Of a stretch of 64,000 nt of DNA, positions 26,420 through 37,661 are shown piece after piece. The DNA is from an uncultured Anaerolineales bacterium (GTDB lineage Bacteria > Chloroflexota > Anaerolineae > B4-G1 > SLSP01), in assembly GCA_964508025.1 (NCBI GenBank), contig CAZDSF010000005.1:15501-79500 (forward strand). Reading direction: 5' to 3'. Both the position numbers and the translations under genes were made by a program. The notes below the pieces were generated by a model. The model was not told the origin of the DNA. It worked only from the letters and a program-made list of their open reading frames with translations, and searched no databases. Position 1 is the stretch's first letter, and every line of letters starts with the position of its first letter.

Positions 26420-26644
26420 CGAGCGCTGGCGGCGTGGCTGGCAGTGCGTCCGGCGAGCGACTGCGATGCGCTGTCCCTCTCGCATAAGGGTGGGGCGCGC
26501 AGCGCGCGGGGGATGGTGTTCCGCGTGACGGCGTTAGCCGAGCGCGCCGGGCTGAAAGTGGTGAGTCCGCACACGCTGCGGCATTCCTTGCCCTCAGAGG
26601 CGGATCTCCAGGCCGCGACGGAGCGGGTGAGCTGGGGGGAGTAG
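26420..26644 (+). pseudogene. C-terminal fragment of a tyrosine recombinase/phage integrase
   Basis: ORF 26225..26644 carries the integrase motif ...GLKVVSPHTLRHSL (HxLRH box) but lacks the N-terminal domains. Confidence 0.5.
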
Positions 26645-26684
26645 GGGGCTGGCTCATCGTCAGCTGCCATCAGAGTTCGGAGCA

Positions 26685-27050
26685 TCAGATTGCGGCAACT
26701 AGCGCCCGAATGGCTTCAGCCAGCCTGGGGTTGATCTCGAAATGCGCTTCCAAAAAAGAGAGGAGCGCCGCCGCTGCGGGGGTGTGCGCGTAGCCTGGCA
26801 TGAACGCGGGCAGCAACGGCGCTTTTTCAGGGAAGCGCTGTTCGAAGCGCCGCTCCGGTGTGAAGGGGTCGCGCCCGGCAGGTTGCTCCGGAGTATTCTG
26901 AAACGCAAAGGCGACAGGCGCGACGGCGCTCAGCCAACCGAAATCGGTCAGAAAGCGCGCCTTCTCGCCCGGACGCACCACGGCGAAGAAGTCCAGACTC
27001 AGTAGATCGAAATTCTGGTCATGACTGCTGTGCAAACTGAATAGGAGCAA
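26685..27050 (-). CDS. Hypothetical protein (121 aa), no recognisable family
   Basis: ORF only; it may be a gene fragment within the mobile-element scar. Confidence 0.25.
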   Translation of the reverse strand: MLLFSLHSSHDQNFDLLSLDFFAVVRPGEKARFLTDFGWLSAVAPVAFAFQNTPEQPAGRDPFTPERRFEQRFPEKAPLLPAFMPGYAHTPAAAALLSFLEAHFEINPRLAEAIRALVAAI

Positions 27051-28297
27051 AAGCGAGCTTGTGGTATCCTACAGGTATCTCTTACCAAAACTATCAGGAG
27101 GTCAGTTTGCATGGCTACTCATCCTTTAACCTTGACAAATACGGAAGTGCTGGAAACTGCCCAGGCCGGATTGGCCGCGCACTTGAACTTGAAAGCGTAG
27201 GGGTATTAGTGCGGCAGTGACGATTTGTATCGGGTGTTGCTGGGGGCCTCGATCCAACAGACAACCATCGAAGCGGTGTGTGAAGACTGGGTCGCCGCCC
27301 CGGTGGGGAATACGGTGCGCAAGTATTTGAAAGAGCAAATATGCGCAGAAGACTTGCCGGATTTGGAAGCGCGGTTGAACCGCGCGCTGGTCGCGGATTT
27401 GCCGCCGCGGCGCTGGCGTAAGCCCCGAATGCTGGCCGTAGATATGCATGACCGGCCGTACTACGGGAAGACCAGTCAGGCCCAGGGGTTGTGGGTGCGT
27501 AGTCGTGCTCAGAAGGGGGCGACGCGCTTTTATCGCATCGCCACCGTGTACCTGGTCCTCAACGGGCTGCGCTTCACGCTGGGCTTGCATTTTGTCTCGC
27601 CTGAGGACACCACGGTTACGGTAGTCGCGCATTTGTTGAGTTATGTTGCGACGTTGGATTTGCGGTATAGGTATATCTTGTTGGATCGCGGGTTTGCAGG
27701 GATCGAGGTGCAGCAGTATCTTGACGCGCAAGGGATACCGGCCATCATTGCCTGTCCTATTCGCGGCAAACAAGGGGGCGCACGGGCGTTGTGTCAAGGG
27801 CCGCGCAGCTATCGGACGCAACATACCTTTCGCAGTGAGGGTGGCAAGAAGCAGCGCACGGCCGAGGTGGTCATCTGTCGCACCTACACCACCGCCCGGC
27901 GTACTCAGCGGCTCAAACGGCGCGCAATGTGGCAGGTGTTCATTCACATTCATCTCGACCTGCGTCCAGACCAAGTGTGGCAGCGTTACCACTATCGCTT
28001 TGGCATTGAAACCAGTTACCGCTGCGCCAATCAGGTGCGGGGTTGGACCACGTCGCCCAATCCAGCTTTGCGCTTCTTGTTGATGGCGCTGGCGGTGTAC
28101 TTGCTCAACGTCTGGGTCAAGTTGCGCTGGCAGTATACGCAGATCCCGCGCCGGGGATGCCGCAAACTGAATGATAAGGCGTTGCGCTTGGCACGCTTCG
28201 CCCGTTTTATGGTACAAGCTCTGGAACATCATTATGGGGTTGTCTCTCAGATCACCGCTGTTGCTCCGCCGTTGTCATGAAATTTCGATTTACTGAG
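27001..28297 (+). mobile_element. IS4/IS701-like insertion sequence, probably defective
   Basis: A DDE transposase ORF with the IS4-type Y-2-R-3-E-6-K box (YRFGIETSYR). Imperfect terminal inverted repeats GTAGATCGAAATT (27002-27014) and AATTTCGATTTAC (28283-28295). In-frame ATG at 27111 is followed by two TAG stops before the TTG start at 27225. Confidence 0.5.
27225..28280 (+). CDS. IS4-family DDE transposase (TTG start; N-terminal region cut off by in-frame stops)
   Basis: Sequence ...LLDRGFAGIEV...YHYRFGIETSYRCANQVRGWT; the antisense ORF 27126..28232 was rejected. Confidence 0.7.
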   Translation: MYRVLLGASIQQTTIEAVCEDWVAAPVGNTVRKYLKEQICAEDLPDLEARLNRALVADLPPRRWRKPRMLAVDMHDRPYYGKTSQAQGLWVRSRAQKGATRFYRIATVYLVLNGLRFTLGLHFVSPEDTTVTVVAHLLSYVATLDLRYRYILLDRGFAGIEVQQYLDAQGIPAIIACPIRGKQGGARALCQGPRSYRTQHTFRSEGGKKQRTAEVVICRTYTTARRTQRLKRRAMWQVFIHIHLDLRPDQVWQRYHYRFGIETSYRCANQVRGWTTSPNPALRFLLMALAVYLLNVWVKLRWQYTQIPRRGCRKLNDKALRLARFARFMVQALEHHYGVVSQITAVAPPLS

Positions 28298-28568
28298 TCT
28301 AGCATGAGTTGCGGAATCGGGCAACTCAGGATCAGGCGGGCATTTGGAGCAATTTAGTGGACTGCTGCATTCACTGGTAGCCGCACTATGCGGTGTGGCT
28401 GCTACAGCAATTCTGGGCGAATGCCGACAGGCTGCGAATGCTAACGCTACGGAGAGACTATGTCAGATGAAGGGTGATCCCGGTCAGCGATTTGCTGCAA
28501 AATCGCTGCCATCGTACGGTCATAAAACGGGAAGAAAATCCCGTCCAGTGCGTGAAATCTTTCATCAC

Positions 28569-29609
28569 TTATCGGTGTGCGTTGGGAAAAGCGCAGGAGT
28601 CCCGCACAACCAGAAATGTTGGTACGATGATGTCTTTAGCCGGTGCTGCGTTGGTGTTTAGTGCCGCAATCACATCTACGGCGGTCGGCCCCAGTAGGGG
28701 ATAGTTCTGGTTGATCGTGGTCAGTGCCGGCTGACAGATACCGGCCCAGTAAATATCATCAATTCCAACGAGCGAAAGGGTCTCTGGAATCCTCAAACCG
28801 CGCGCTTGCGCCTTGAGCAACACGCCGATGGCGATTAGATCATTGATGGCAATCAGGGCCGTGGGTAAGGATTCCCGCTGCAGGAGCGTTTCCAGGCAGG
28901 CCATTCCGTCTTCTACTGACCAGCGTCCCGGAATGGTACGAGCGTGCTCAGCTGGCAGGCCATGCGCCAGTAATGCCCGGCGAAAGGCTGCGATCTTCAG
29001 ATCAGTGGTGAGGTTGCCGGGCACGCCGCCGATCATCTCGATGTGTTGATGCCCCAAGCTCACGAGATACGCTACCGCCTTGTGGATTCCCTGGGCCTCA
29101 TCTGATTGAACGTGATAGCAGTCTATGCCCGGCATTTTGCCGTTGATCATGACCAGCGGGGTCTGCGCCAACACCTCCTCCATCTCGGCGATATGTTCAG
29201 GCCGCGGTGGATTCTCGTTCACGCGCCCGCCCATGAAAATAATGCCATCCACTTGTTTTTCCAGGAAGCTTTGGAGATTCTGTGACTCCACTTGCTCATT
29301 GTTAAGGCTATTGCCAAGCATGACGGTATAGCCAAGTTCCAGAGCGCGCTTCTCGGCTTCCAGAAAAACGGCCGCAAAGAAGGGGTTGGTAATGTCCGGC
29401 AGGATGAAGCCGATGGTTTTGGAGGCCTTAGTAGACAGACTCTGCGCGACCGCGTTGGGCCGGAAGCCGGTCTGCGCAATGATCGCCTCTACTGTAGCGC
29501 GGGTGTGCGGGCTGACCTGGCCCGTATGGTTTACCACGCGCGAGACTGTGGCCACGGAGACCTGCGCCATGCGGGCGATATCGTAGATGGTGATAGTTTT
29601 TTTATTCAT
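28569..29609 (-). CDS. LacI-family transcriptional regulator
   Basis: Sequence MNKKTITIYDIARMAQVSVATVSRVVN... plus a periplasmic-binding-fold sugar-sensing domain. Confidence 0.85.
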   Translation of the reverse strand: MNKKTITIYDIARMAQVSVATVSRVVNHTGQVSPHTRATVEAIIAQTGFRPNAVAQSLSTKASKTIGFILPDITNPFFAAVFLEAEKRALELGYTVMLGNSLNNEQVESQNLQSFLEKQVDGIIFMGGRVNENPPRPEHIAEMEEVLAQTPLVMINGKMPGIDCYHVQSDEAQGIHKAVAYLVSLGHQHIEMIGGVPGNLTTDLKIAAFRRALLAHGLPAEHARTIPGRWSVEDGMACLETLLQRESLPTALIAINDLIAIGVLLKAQARGLRIPETLSLVGIDDIYWAGICQPALTTINQNYPLLGPTAVDVIAALNTNAAPAKDIIVPTFLVVRDSCAFPNAHR

Positions 29610-29642
29610 GTGCGTTGTATTGGTGTTATGGACTAGAGGGGC

Positions 29643-30497
29643 TTACTTGACTGCCGAGCTGCCCCCGGAGATGATACCAACTTCGTACATATACTTCTGA
29701 CCGAAGAAATAGAGCACGAGCATTGGTAAGATCAATACCAGTGAACCGACCATCATGATATTATACCGTGGAAGTTGTCCGCCAGGCACGGCGCTCAGGA
29801 TCTGCACACCCAATGCCAGGGGCATTCGGGCGCGCTCATTGATGTAGATGAGCGGCCCCATGAACCAGCCCCAGTTCCAGGAAAAGGTCATAATCGCCAC
29901 GGTGACCAGTACCGGTTTGATGAGAGGTAGAATGATCCGCGCATAGATACCGGGATAACTCAGCCCGTCAATCTGCGCAGCTTCATCAAGTTCGGTAGGC
30001 AGGCGCGAGATGAACTGGCGCATCAAGAAGATATTGTATGCGCCACCAAAGAAGTTGGGGATGATTAGCGGCCACAAAGTATTGATCCATCCCAGGCGAC
30101 GGAAGATATCGAATTGGGGAATCATGGTGACTTCGCTGGGAATCATCATCGTGCTAAGCAAGATGATGAACAGCACATCCCGCCCGCGCGCGCGGAGTCG
30201 GGCAAAGGCGTAGGCTACCAGGCTGCTCACCAACACCTGGCCGATCACGGCCGCCCCGCACAGGAGCAGACTATTGCCAATATAGGTGTGCAGTCGGTGT
30301 TCTGGCCCAAAGACGCGCGCGAAGTTGGCAATCTCAAATTCTCTGGGGAAGAGTGTGAAAGCCATTTTGACGGTGGTCGCGTCACTGGCGAGCGCCACAG
30401 AAATCATGAACACAAAGGGCGCCAACAATAAAGCCCCCAGCCCTAGAAGGAGAGTATAAGAGGTGAGGGTATCAACGGTCGTTATATTTCGCCACAT
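29643..30497 (-). CDS. Carbohydrate ABC transporter permease (MalG-like)
   Basis: EAA loop (DEAAQIDGLSYPGIYARIILPL). Confidence 0.85.
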   Translation of the reverse strand: MWRNITTVDTLTSYTLLLGLGALLLAPFVFMISVALASDATTVKMAFTLFPREFEIANFARVFGPEHRLHTYIGNSLLLCGAAVIGQVLVSSLVAYAFARLRARGRDVLFIILLSTMMIPSEVTMIPQFDIFRRLGWINTLWPLIIPNFFGGAYNIFLMRQFISRLPTELDEAAQIDGLSYPGIYARIILPLIKPVLVTVAIMTFSWNWGWFMGPLIYINERARMPLALGVQILSAVPGGQLPRYNIMMVGSLVLILPMLVLYFFGQKYMYEVGIISGGSSAVK

Positions 30498-31390
30498 CAG
30501 CGCTTCACCTCACTTTCGTAATAAACCCAGACCGAAGATGACCGCAAGATCAACAGGGTGAAGATCATAATGAGTATGAACAGGACCCAGGCAATGGTCG
30601 AAGCATAGCCCATCCGGTAGAAGCGGAAGGCGTTATCGAAGAGGTAGGGCACGATCATGGTGCTGGCGTTGTTAGGCCCGCCGCCAGTCATGATGTAAAC
30701 TTGCGTGAATGTTTGTAACGCGCCAATCACTCCTGTAATCAGGTTGAAAAAGAGCACGGGGCTGAGCATGGGCAAGGTGATTTTGAAGAACATCTGTCCG
30801 GTGTTGGCGCCGTCAATTGCGGCAGCTTCATAAAACTCGGCTGGAATTCCCTGCATCCCCGCGAGCAATAGCACCGTCCCGCCGCCCACACCCCATAGCG
30901 ACATCAGCACCAGGGCGGGCTTGACCCAGGCGGGATCCAGCAGCCACGCTGGCCCGCGAATACCGATCAGTGCCAGCAGTTGGTTAACGCCAATTCCCGG
31001 CGCGAGCAATCGTTGAAAGATCAGCGAGGTTGCCACAGCCGGCACTAACGCCGGAATATAGTACAGCGTGCGGAAAATGCGCATTCCCCGCAAGGGTTTG
31101 TTGAGCAGATAGGCTACTCCCAACGCAGCGCTCATTCCGAGCGGAACGGCCAGTCCGGCGTAGTAGAATGTGTTGCCCAACGCCTTCCAGAAAATGCGAT
31201 CCTGGGTGAACAACCGCACGTAGTTCGCCAGTCCGACCCACTGTGGTGGTGTGAACAGATCCCAATCGTTGAATCCCAGATAGAAAGAATAGGCCATCGG
31301 ACCTAGCGTTAGCCCGAGGAACCCGATCAACCAGGGCGAGATCAAGACATAGAACCATAGGGCTTCTTTGGTGCGAAGTTTCATCTGCAA
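30497..31390 (-). CDS. Carbohydrate ABC transporter permease (MalF-like)
   Basis: EAA loop (EAAAIDGANTGQMFFKITLPM). Confidence 0.85.
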   Translation of the reverse strand: MQMKLRTKEALWFYVLISPWLIGFLGLTLGPMAYSFYLGFNDWDLFTPPQWVGLANYVRLFTQDRIFWKALGNTFYYAGLAVPLGMSAALGVAYLLNKPLRGMRIFRTLYYIPALVPAVATSLIFQRLLAPGIGVNQLLALIGIRGPAWLLDPAWVKPALVLMSLWGVGGGTVLLLAGMQGIPAEFYEAAAIDGANTGQMFFKITLPMLSPVLFFNLITGVIGALQTFTQVYIMTGGGPNNASTMIVPYLFDNAFRFYRMGYASTIAWVLFILIMIFTLLILRSSSVWVYYESEVKR

Positions 31391-31402
31391 TATTCCTTAG
31401 TA

Positions 31403-32863
31403 TTACCGCCGCAGGATCAGGGTGGTCACGCTTTGCCCGGTTAGGGTGAACGTGTGAGGCGTCTTCCCGGCATAAACCTGTTCCAAATCGCGCCCGGCAG
31501 AGGTTTCGTAAGCCTGTGCTTGGGAGAAGTGCTCCGCGAGCGCTAACCGCACTTCTAACGCCGCCGCGCCATTGTTAACCGCCACCACGACCACTTCATC
31601 GCCAGCGGGCGCGCGGAAGGCTGAGACATGGAGCGCCCGCTCTGGAGTGGCAGCCGCAATGCGGGTGTAACCTGGCCGCACGAAGCGACTGAAATTCCCC
31701 AATGCCCATAGCCGTTTGGCGACCACTACTTTGTGATCGTACTCCTCCACGTAAATCAGGCCATCACGGAAGTGATACTTGGAGACAGCAATCCAGTATT
31801 GCCACGAGGTCACGCCGCCAACGATGAGATCCTCTTGAACGGTGTTTGCCAGCACCAACGCCGAATCCATGCCGGTGTCGCGTCCTTCGCGCATCTCCGT
31901 CCACTCTGACATCCACAGCGCCGTGCCGGGATAGTGCTGGTCAAGATAGCGCACCAGGCGCTCCTTGTCAGCGCGTTCCGACCAATAGGAGTGTACCGCA
32001 AAATGTGGCAGACGGGAAGCGCTGTGCGGATCGCTCAGCAGCGCATCAGCATAGACGGTGGAGTGCTTCCATTCACCCGATTCTGGGGCCGAGACTTGCA
32101 GCATCAGTCCCTCTGTGTCAATGGCATCGAGGAGTGCCCGTGTTACAGTTGCGGCTTCAGCGGGGCTGTAGTGGCAACCTTCCTGCCCATTCTTGTAGCT
32201 CCAGTTCCATTGCGGTTCGTTCACCGGGCTGATGTGGGTGATGGGCAAGCCTTCTTGCTCTTGCAGATAGCGTACCACATCGAGTAGATAGCGCACAAAA
32301 GCTCCCACCATTTCTGGACGCAGGTTGGAGCCGCCATCCTTCTCGCCTGTGGTCAATCCCGAAACCGTCATTCGGGCCGGCGGGCTATTCACGAACGCGA
32401 CGATTTGCTGCACCCCACGGGCGTGCGCCGCATGGAGCAGCCACCGCGCATTGGCGTCACGGCTCCAATCGTATACACCCGGCGCAACCTCATAGGTCTC
32501 AGCGCGGCGCCAGGGATCTTGGATGTTCCAGCCCTCCCCGCCGCCGAGATTGTAACGCAGAATAGTGAGACCAATACCTTGCTCACGATCAAACAACAGG
32601 TCTGCAATGGACTCTCGTGTATCCTCCCAGCCGCCTACCGCTTGCGCCCACCATGCCGCCGAGGCCCCAAAACCTTCAAGTGTCTGATGTGAAATCCCCA
32701 GATCTACATTGATGTCTACCACGTTGTTCCTCTCCGGGGCGCATCTTTGCCACCACAATACGCCCCCTATAGCTCCTAGCGCCAACATTCCCAACATCAC
32801 CCAGCGCCTTCCATCCATTGCACACTCCTTGGGTAAGGCCAGAAGATCGTTCGGATTTGGCAA
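31403..32863 (-). CDS. Glycoside hydrolase, GH30-like (O-glycosyl hydrolase family 30 fold)
   Basis: Sequence GFGASAAWW...GLTILRYNLGGGE...SPVNEPQWNW pattern plus a C-terminal beta-sandwich. N-terminal membrane anchor. An alternative start MDGRRWVML lies at 32818. Confidence 0.6.
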   Translation of the reverse strand: MPNPNDLLALPKECAMDGRRWVMLGMLALGAIGGVLWWQRCAPERNNVVDINVDLGISHQTLEGFGASAAWWAQAVGGWEDTRESIADLLFDREQGIGLTILRYNLGGGEGWNIQDPWRRAETYEVAPGVYDWSRDANARWLLHAAHARGVQQIVAFVNSPPARMTVSGLTTGEKDGGSNLRPEMVGAFVRYLLDVVRYLQEQEGLPITHISPVNEPQWNWSYKNGQEGCHYSPAEAATVTRALLDAIDTEGLMLQVSAPESGEWKHSTVYADALLSDPHSASRLPHFAVHSYWSERADKERLVRYLDQHYPGTALWMSEWTEMREGRDTGMDSALVLANTVQEDLIVGGVTSWQYWIAVSKYHFRDGLIYVEEYDHKVVVAKRLWALGNFSRFVRPGYTRIAAATPERALHVSAFRAPAGDEVVVVAVNNGAAALEVRLALAEHFSQAQAYETSAGRDLEQVYAGKTPHTFTLTGQSVTTLILRR

Positions 32864-32929
32864 TCCGCGTCCACTTCAAAAACATCCCGGAAGCTGCACA
32901 CGCTTCCGGGATGTCTTGGAGTGGCAGTA

Positions 32930-34216
32930 TTATTTCCCCAGAAGTGCTTCGAGTTGCGTCTGAATGGCGGCAACGGCCGGAGCAACTTCGGCTTTCCCCA
33001 GAAAGACCTCGGCCAGATTGTCGCCGAAGATCTTCTGCATCTCATTCCACTCCGGCGCTAACGGTAGGGGGAAGGCGGCTTCAGCGGATTCCAGCATCGT
33101 CGCCATGCGGATGGGGGTGGCGCTCCAGGCCGTATTCTGGAAAGCTGCACTGCCCAGTACGCTGAGGTTCACGGGCATATCTTGCTTCATCTCTACGATG
33201 GGCAGCTGGCCGGCTTCGCTAGTCAGGAATTCGATAACCTTGAAGGCGGCTTCAGGCTGCTGGCAGTCCTTGGAGATTGCCAAACCGCTGCCAAACATCA
33301 CTGTGGCCCGCTGCTGGTTGCCGAAAATCGGCGCGATGTCCCAATTTACATCCTTGACTTCCTGCATGCCGCCGACGTGCCAGAAACCGGTGGTGATCAT
33401 CGCTACTTTGCCCTGAGCGAAGAGTGGGTCAGGACTGTTGGTGCCGAGATTGGCATACTCCTCTGGGCTGGGAGCGACACGATATTTGTACACCAGATCC
33501 ACGTAGAATTGCAACGCCTCGACTGTCTCTGGGGTGTTGAAGACGGGTTTGCCATTGGTGTCCAGAACGCGCCCGCCATTTTGGTAGATGAAGCTCATCC
33601 ACCAGGGCCACCAATCGCCCGCAGCAAAGCCGTATTGCTTGACCGTGTTGCCCTCGCGCAGCGTCAGCTTTTGTGCTGCATTGAGAAATTCAGTCCAGGT
33701 CCAATCTTTGGTGGGATAAGCGACGCCCGCGGCGTCGAACATATCCTTGTTGTAGTACAGAATCAGCGCGCCACCGCGATCCGGCATGGCATAGAGTTTC
33801 CCTGCACGGGAGTAGGCCCCAACCAGGCCGCCTTCGCCAAAGCGCGCAGCCAGATTGACATTGTATTTAGCAATGTAGTCATCCAGGGGGATGATCTGTC
33901 CTTTGCTGGAATAGCCATGGACATCCTCAGCCAGTTGGATGATATCGGGGGAAGTGCCGCCAGCGATCATGGTCTGCACCTTTTGCGCGTAATCGCTGGG
34001 GATGTAGACCAGTTCCACTTTGATATTGGGGTTCTGGGCCTGAAACAAATCCAGCCGTTTCTGGTACACTTCGGGGTCGCTGCTGCTGCCCCAAATGGTC
34101 ATTTTGAGGTTGATCGTGCCATCGGCTGCGGGAGCGGTAGGGGCCCCACACGCCGTCAACAGCAATCCAATCAGAGTGACCAGCAGCACAAGCATTGCCA
34201 ACATCCGTTGCTTCAT
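32930..34216 (-). CDS. ABC transporter extracellular solute-binding lipoprotein (family 1, sugar)
   Basis: Sequence MKQRMLAMLVLLVTLIGLLLTACG (lipobox) with RBS AAGGAGG. The track's longer ORF is an upstream extension. Confidence 0.8.
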   Translation of the reverse strand: MKQRMLAMLVLLVTLIGLLLTACGAPTAPAADGTINLKMTIWGSSSDPEVYQKRLDLFQAQNPNIKVELVYIPSDYAQKVQTMIAGGTSPDIIQLAEDVHGYSSKGQIIPLDDYIAKYNVNLAARFGEGGLVGAYSRAGKLYAMPDRGGALILYYNKDMFDAAGVAYPTKDWTWTEFLNAAQKLTLREGNTVKQYGFAAGDWWPWWMSFIYQNGGRVLDTNGKPVFNTPETVEALQFYVDLVYKYRVAPSPEEYANLGTNSPDPLFAQGKVAMITTGFWHVGGMQEVKDVNWDIAPIFGNQQRATVMFGSGLAISKDCQQPEAAFKVIEFLTSEAGQLPIVEMKQDMPVNLSVLGSAAFQNTAWSATPIRMATMLESAEAAFPLPLAPEWNEMQKIFGDNLAEVFLGKAEVAPAVAAIQTQLEALLGK

Positions 34217-34245
34217 GTAATTCCTCCTTGGGTAATAACTTGGGG

Positions 34246-34276
34246 ACTGTAACCGGTTTCTGTAACCGGTTACAGT
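34246..34276. promoter_or_regulatory. Tandem cre-like LacI-family operator (TGTAACCGGTTACA) upstream of the ABC-GH30 operon
   Basis: Sequence aCTGTAACCGGTTTCTGTAACCGGTTACAGtg has a perfect 14-16 bp palindrome with a CG centre, 30-60 bp upstream of the SBP ATG. The LacI gene lies at the operon end. Confidence 0.5.
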
Positions 34277-34584
34277 GTAGCATGGAACAGCGGAAATGTC
34301 AATACCCAGTTTCGGGATTCGGGGTGGAGCTGCCTCGACTGCGAAACAGAACGGGGGTGCAATTTCTCCTGCGCCTGGGAGCGCCCCGTTTGTGCGCATC
34401 GAGGGGCAGGTGCAATCCGTGAGGGTGCTGGGCAGTTGGGTGCTGCCGGTGGGGGGCATTCGTAGCACTGCAGCGGGTTTCTGCGTTCCCTGTAAGGCTC
34501 GCTGGACGAATGTCTTGCCCGCGCTTCAGAGGCGTCGTGCGAGGCTTAGCACGATTTCGGTCATCTCCGTGTGGAATGTATTGA

Positions 34585-34984
34585 TCAGGCATGTTGATAC
34601 CGGCGAGGATTCCCGCTCTCCTCGCGCGCCCGCTGATGGTATTCATGGTCTCTGCGAATCAATTCGACCACCTGCGCCGGCGTCATACCTGCCAAGTCGC
34701 TTTTCATGGCGGCGATGATGGCTGTGTGATTCAACAATCGGGCAGCGGTTAGAGCGATTCTCGGCCTCAAACTACGTCAGTCGGCGCTGTAGGAGCTGCT
34801 GCACCTGACAATCATCCAAGAGTCGCTGGCGCACGAGCAACTGCTGGTTCAGCTTGAGCCGCTTCTTGGCCAGCCGCGACAAGCGGCGTTCCAACACTCC
34901 TAACTGATGACGCACCTTCGCCAAGACGCTGTATGGCCGCTCCGGGCGCTGTTGCTCGCGATACTCGGCTTCAAGTTGAGCCAC
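34585..34984 (-). pseudogene. Short transposase-like fragments (helix-turn-helix and coiled-coil pieces)
   Basis: ORFs 34585..34770 and 34772..34984 carry low-complexity Q/R/L-rich coiled-coil segments and sit in a 1.3-kb non-coding scar. Assignment is weak. Confidence 0.2.
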
Positions 34985-35524
34985 CAGGGCCGGCTGTGAG
35001 TCGCTCTGCTGTCGGGTGCTGGTTTCCTGGGCTTGCGCGGCGGTCAGCCTGGGGGAGACGGGGGCGGCGTTGTTGCGCGCTCACGGTCAAGCTGAGGCGC
35101 ATCCTTGCAATCTCGATGAGGCGGTGGACATTGCGCATGCGCTGGCGGTGCTGGTGGTGCGCCTGCTGGCGCAGTGCGCGGGCCTGCCAGTGCAGGCCTG
35201 CCGGTGCAGACCGAAAACGCTAACCTTTGACTATGGGGATTGCTGGGAATGCAAGGTCACGTTGGAGGAAATCTGTCCGGAAATAGCCGGGTTGGTAGGG
35301 CCTGGGGTTCTTGACGTGCAGGGTCAGGCGCCGAGGCAATATGGTTGGTGAGCTGCCCGCACTGGAGGCGATATGTTTGCGTAGCAATATTCCCGTGTCA
35401 CTTTCTCAGATTATCCCACGCCCGGCACGGATGCCGGCAGGTCCCACTTTTTGCGCAACCCTGCAATCGAAGTGATGGAGGTATATAAATAAACCTGCTG
35501 TAACCATGTACAGGACGGGAAACA

Positions 35525-36954
<1,430 letters not shown>

Positions 36955-36958
<4 letters not shown>

Positions 36959-37626
36959 TTTTTCCTCGCTTTTTCAATCCAGCCTAAAGTGTTTTTGACC
37001 AATTCCTTCATTGCGGTGAAGTTGCCATCGGCAATCCAATCCTGGCGGATGAGTTTGCTCCCAATGCCGACGGCGCAGACGCCCGCCTGGAACCATTCGG
37101 CAAGGCTGGCTTCGGTGGGTTCGACGCCGCCGGTGGGCATGAGATTCGACCAGGGCATGGGGGCGCGTACCGACTTGATGAAGTCCACGCCGCCGACCGC
37201 GCCGCCGGGGAAGATCTTGCAAATCTCTACGCCCCATTCTTCGGCCTGCGAGATTTCGCTGACGCTGCCGCAGCCCGGCAGACAGGCGACTTTGCGGCGG
37301 TTGCAGATGCGAATGACTTCCGGGTTGAGCAAGGGGCTGACGATGAAATGGGCGCCCAGTTGCATGTAGAGCGCGGCGGTAGCGGGTTCGACAATCGAAC
37401 CGGCGCCGAGCATCAGCCGCTCATCGTTCTCGAATCGGCATCCGATTTGCTCGAAGACCAGATGGGCGCGCGGGCCGCGATTGGTAAATTCTATCGTCCG
37501 CGCCCCGCCTTCGAGACAGGCTTCGACAATGCGGCAGGCTGTATCTGGGTCGGGGTGGAAGAAGAGCGGCACCAGCCCCGTTTTGAGCAGGGTGGTCAGA
37601 ACGGTCAGGCGGGTAGGTTGGGACAT
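36955..37626 (-). CDS. eda: 2-dehydro-3-deoxy-phosphogluconate (KDPG) aldolase
   Basis: KDPG/KHG aldolase family, 223 aa, with a 4-nt overlap onto the upstream gene. Confidence 0.8.
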
Positions 37627-37661
37627 GAAAACTCCTGTAAGACTTCCAAAGTCTGATAATT

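Noticed and set aside
27126-28232. 368-aa minus-strand ORF
   Set aside because: It is antisense to the DDE transposase, which has the conserved motifs.
34470-35524. ~1 kb of low-coding sequence with short Q/R-rich ORFs between two sugar loci
   Set aside because: It is probably a mobile-element remnant, but the fragments are too degenerate to assign. It is not treated as a functional system.
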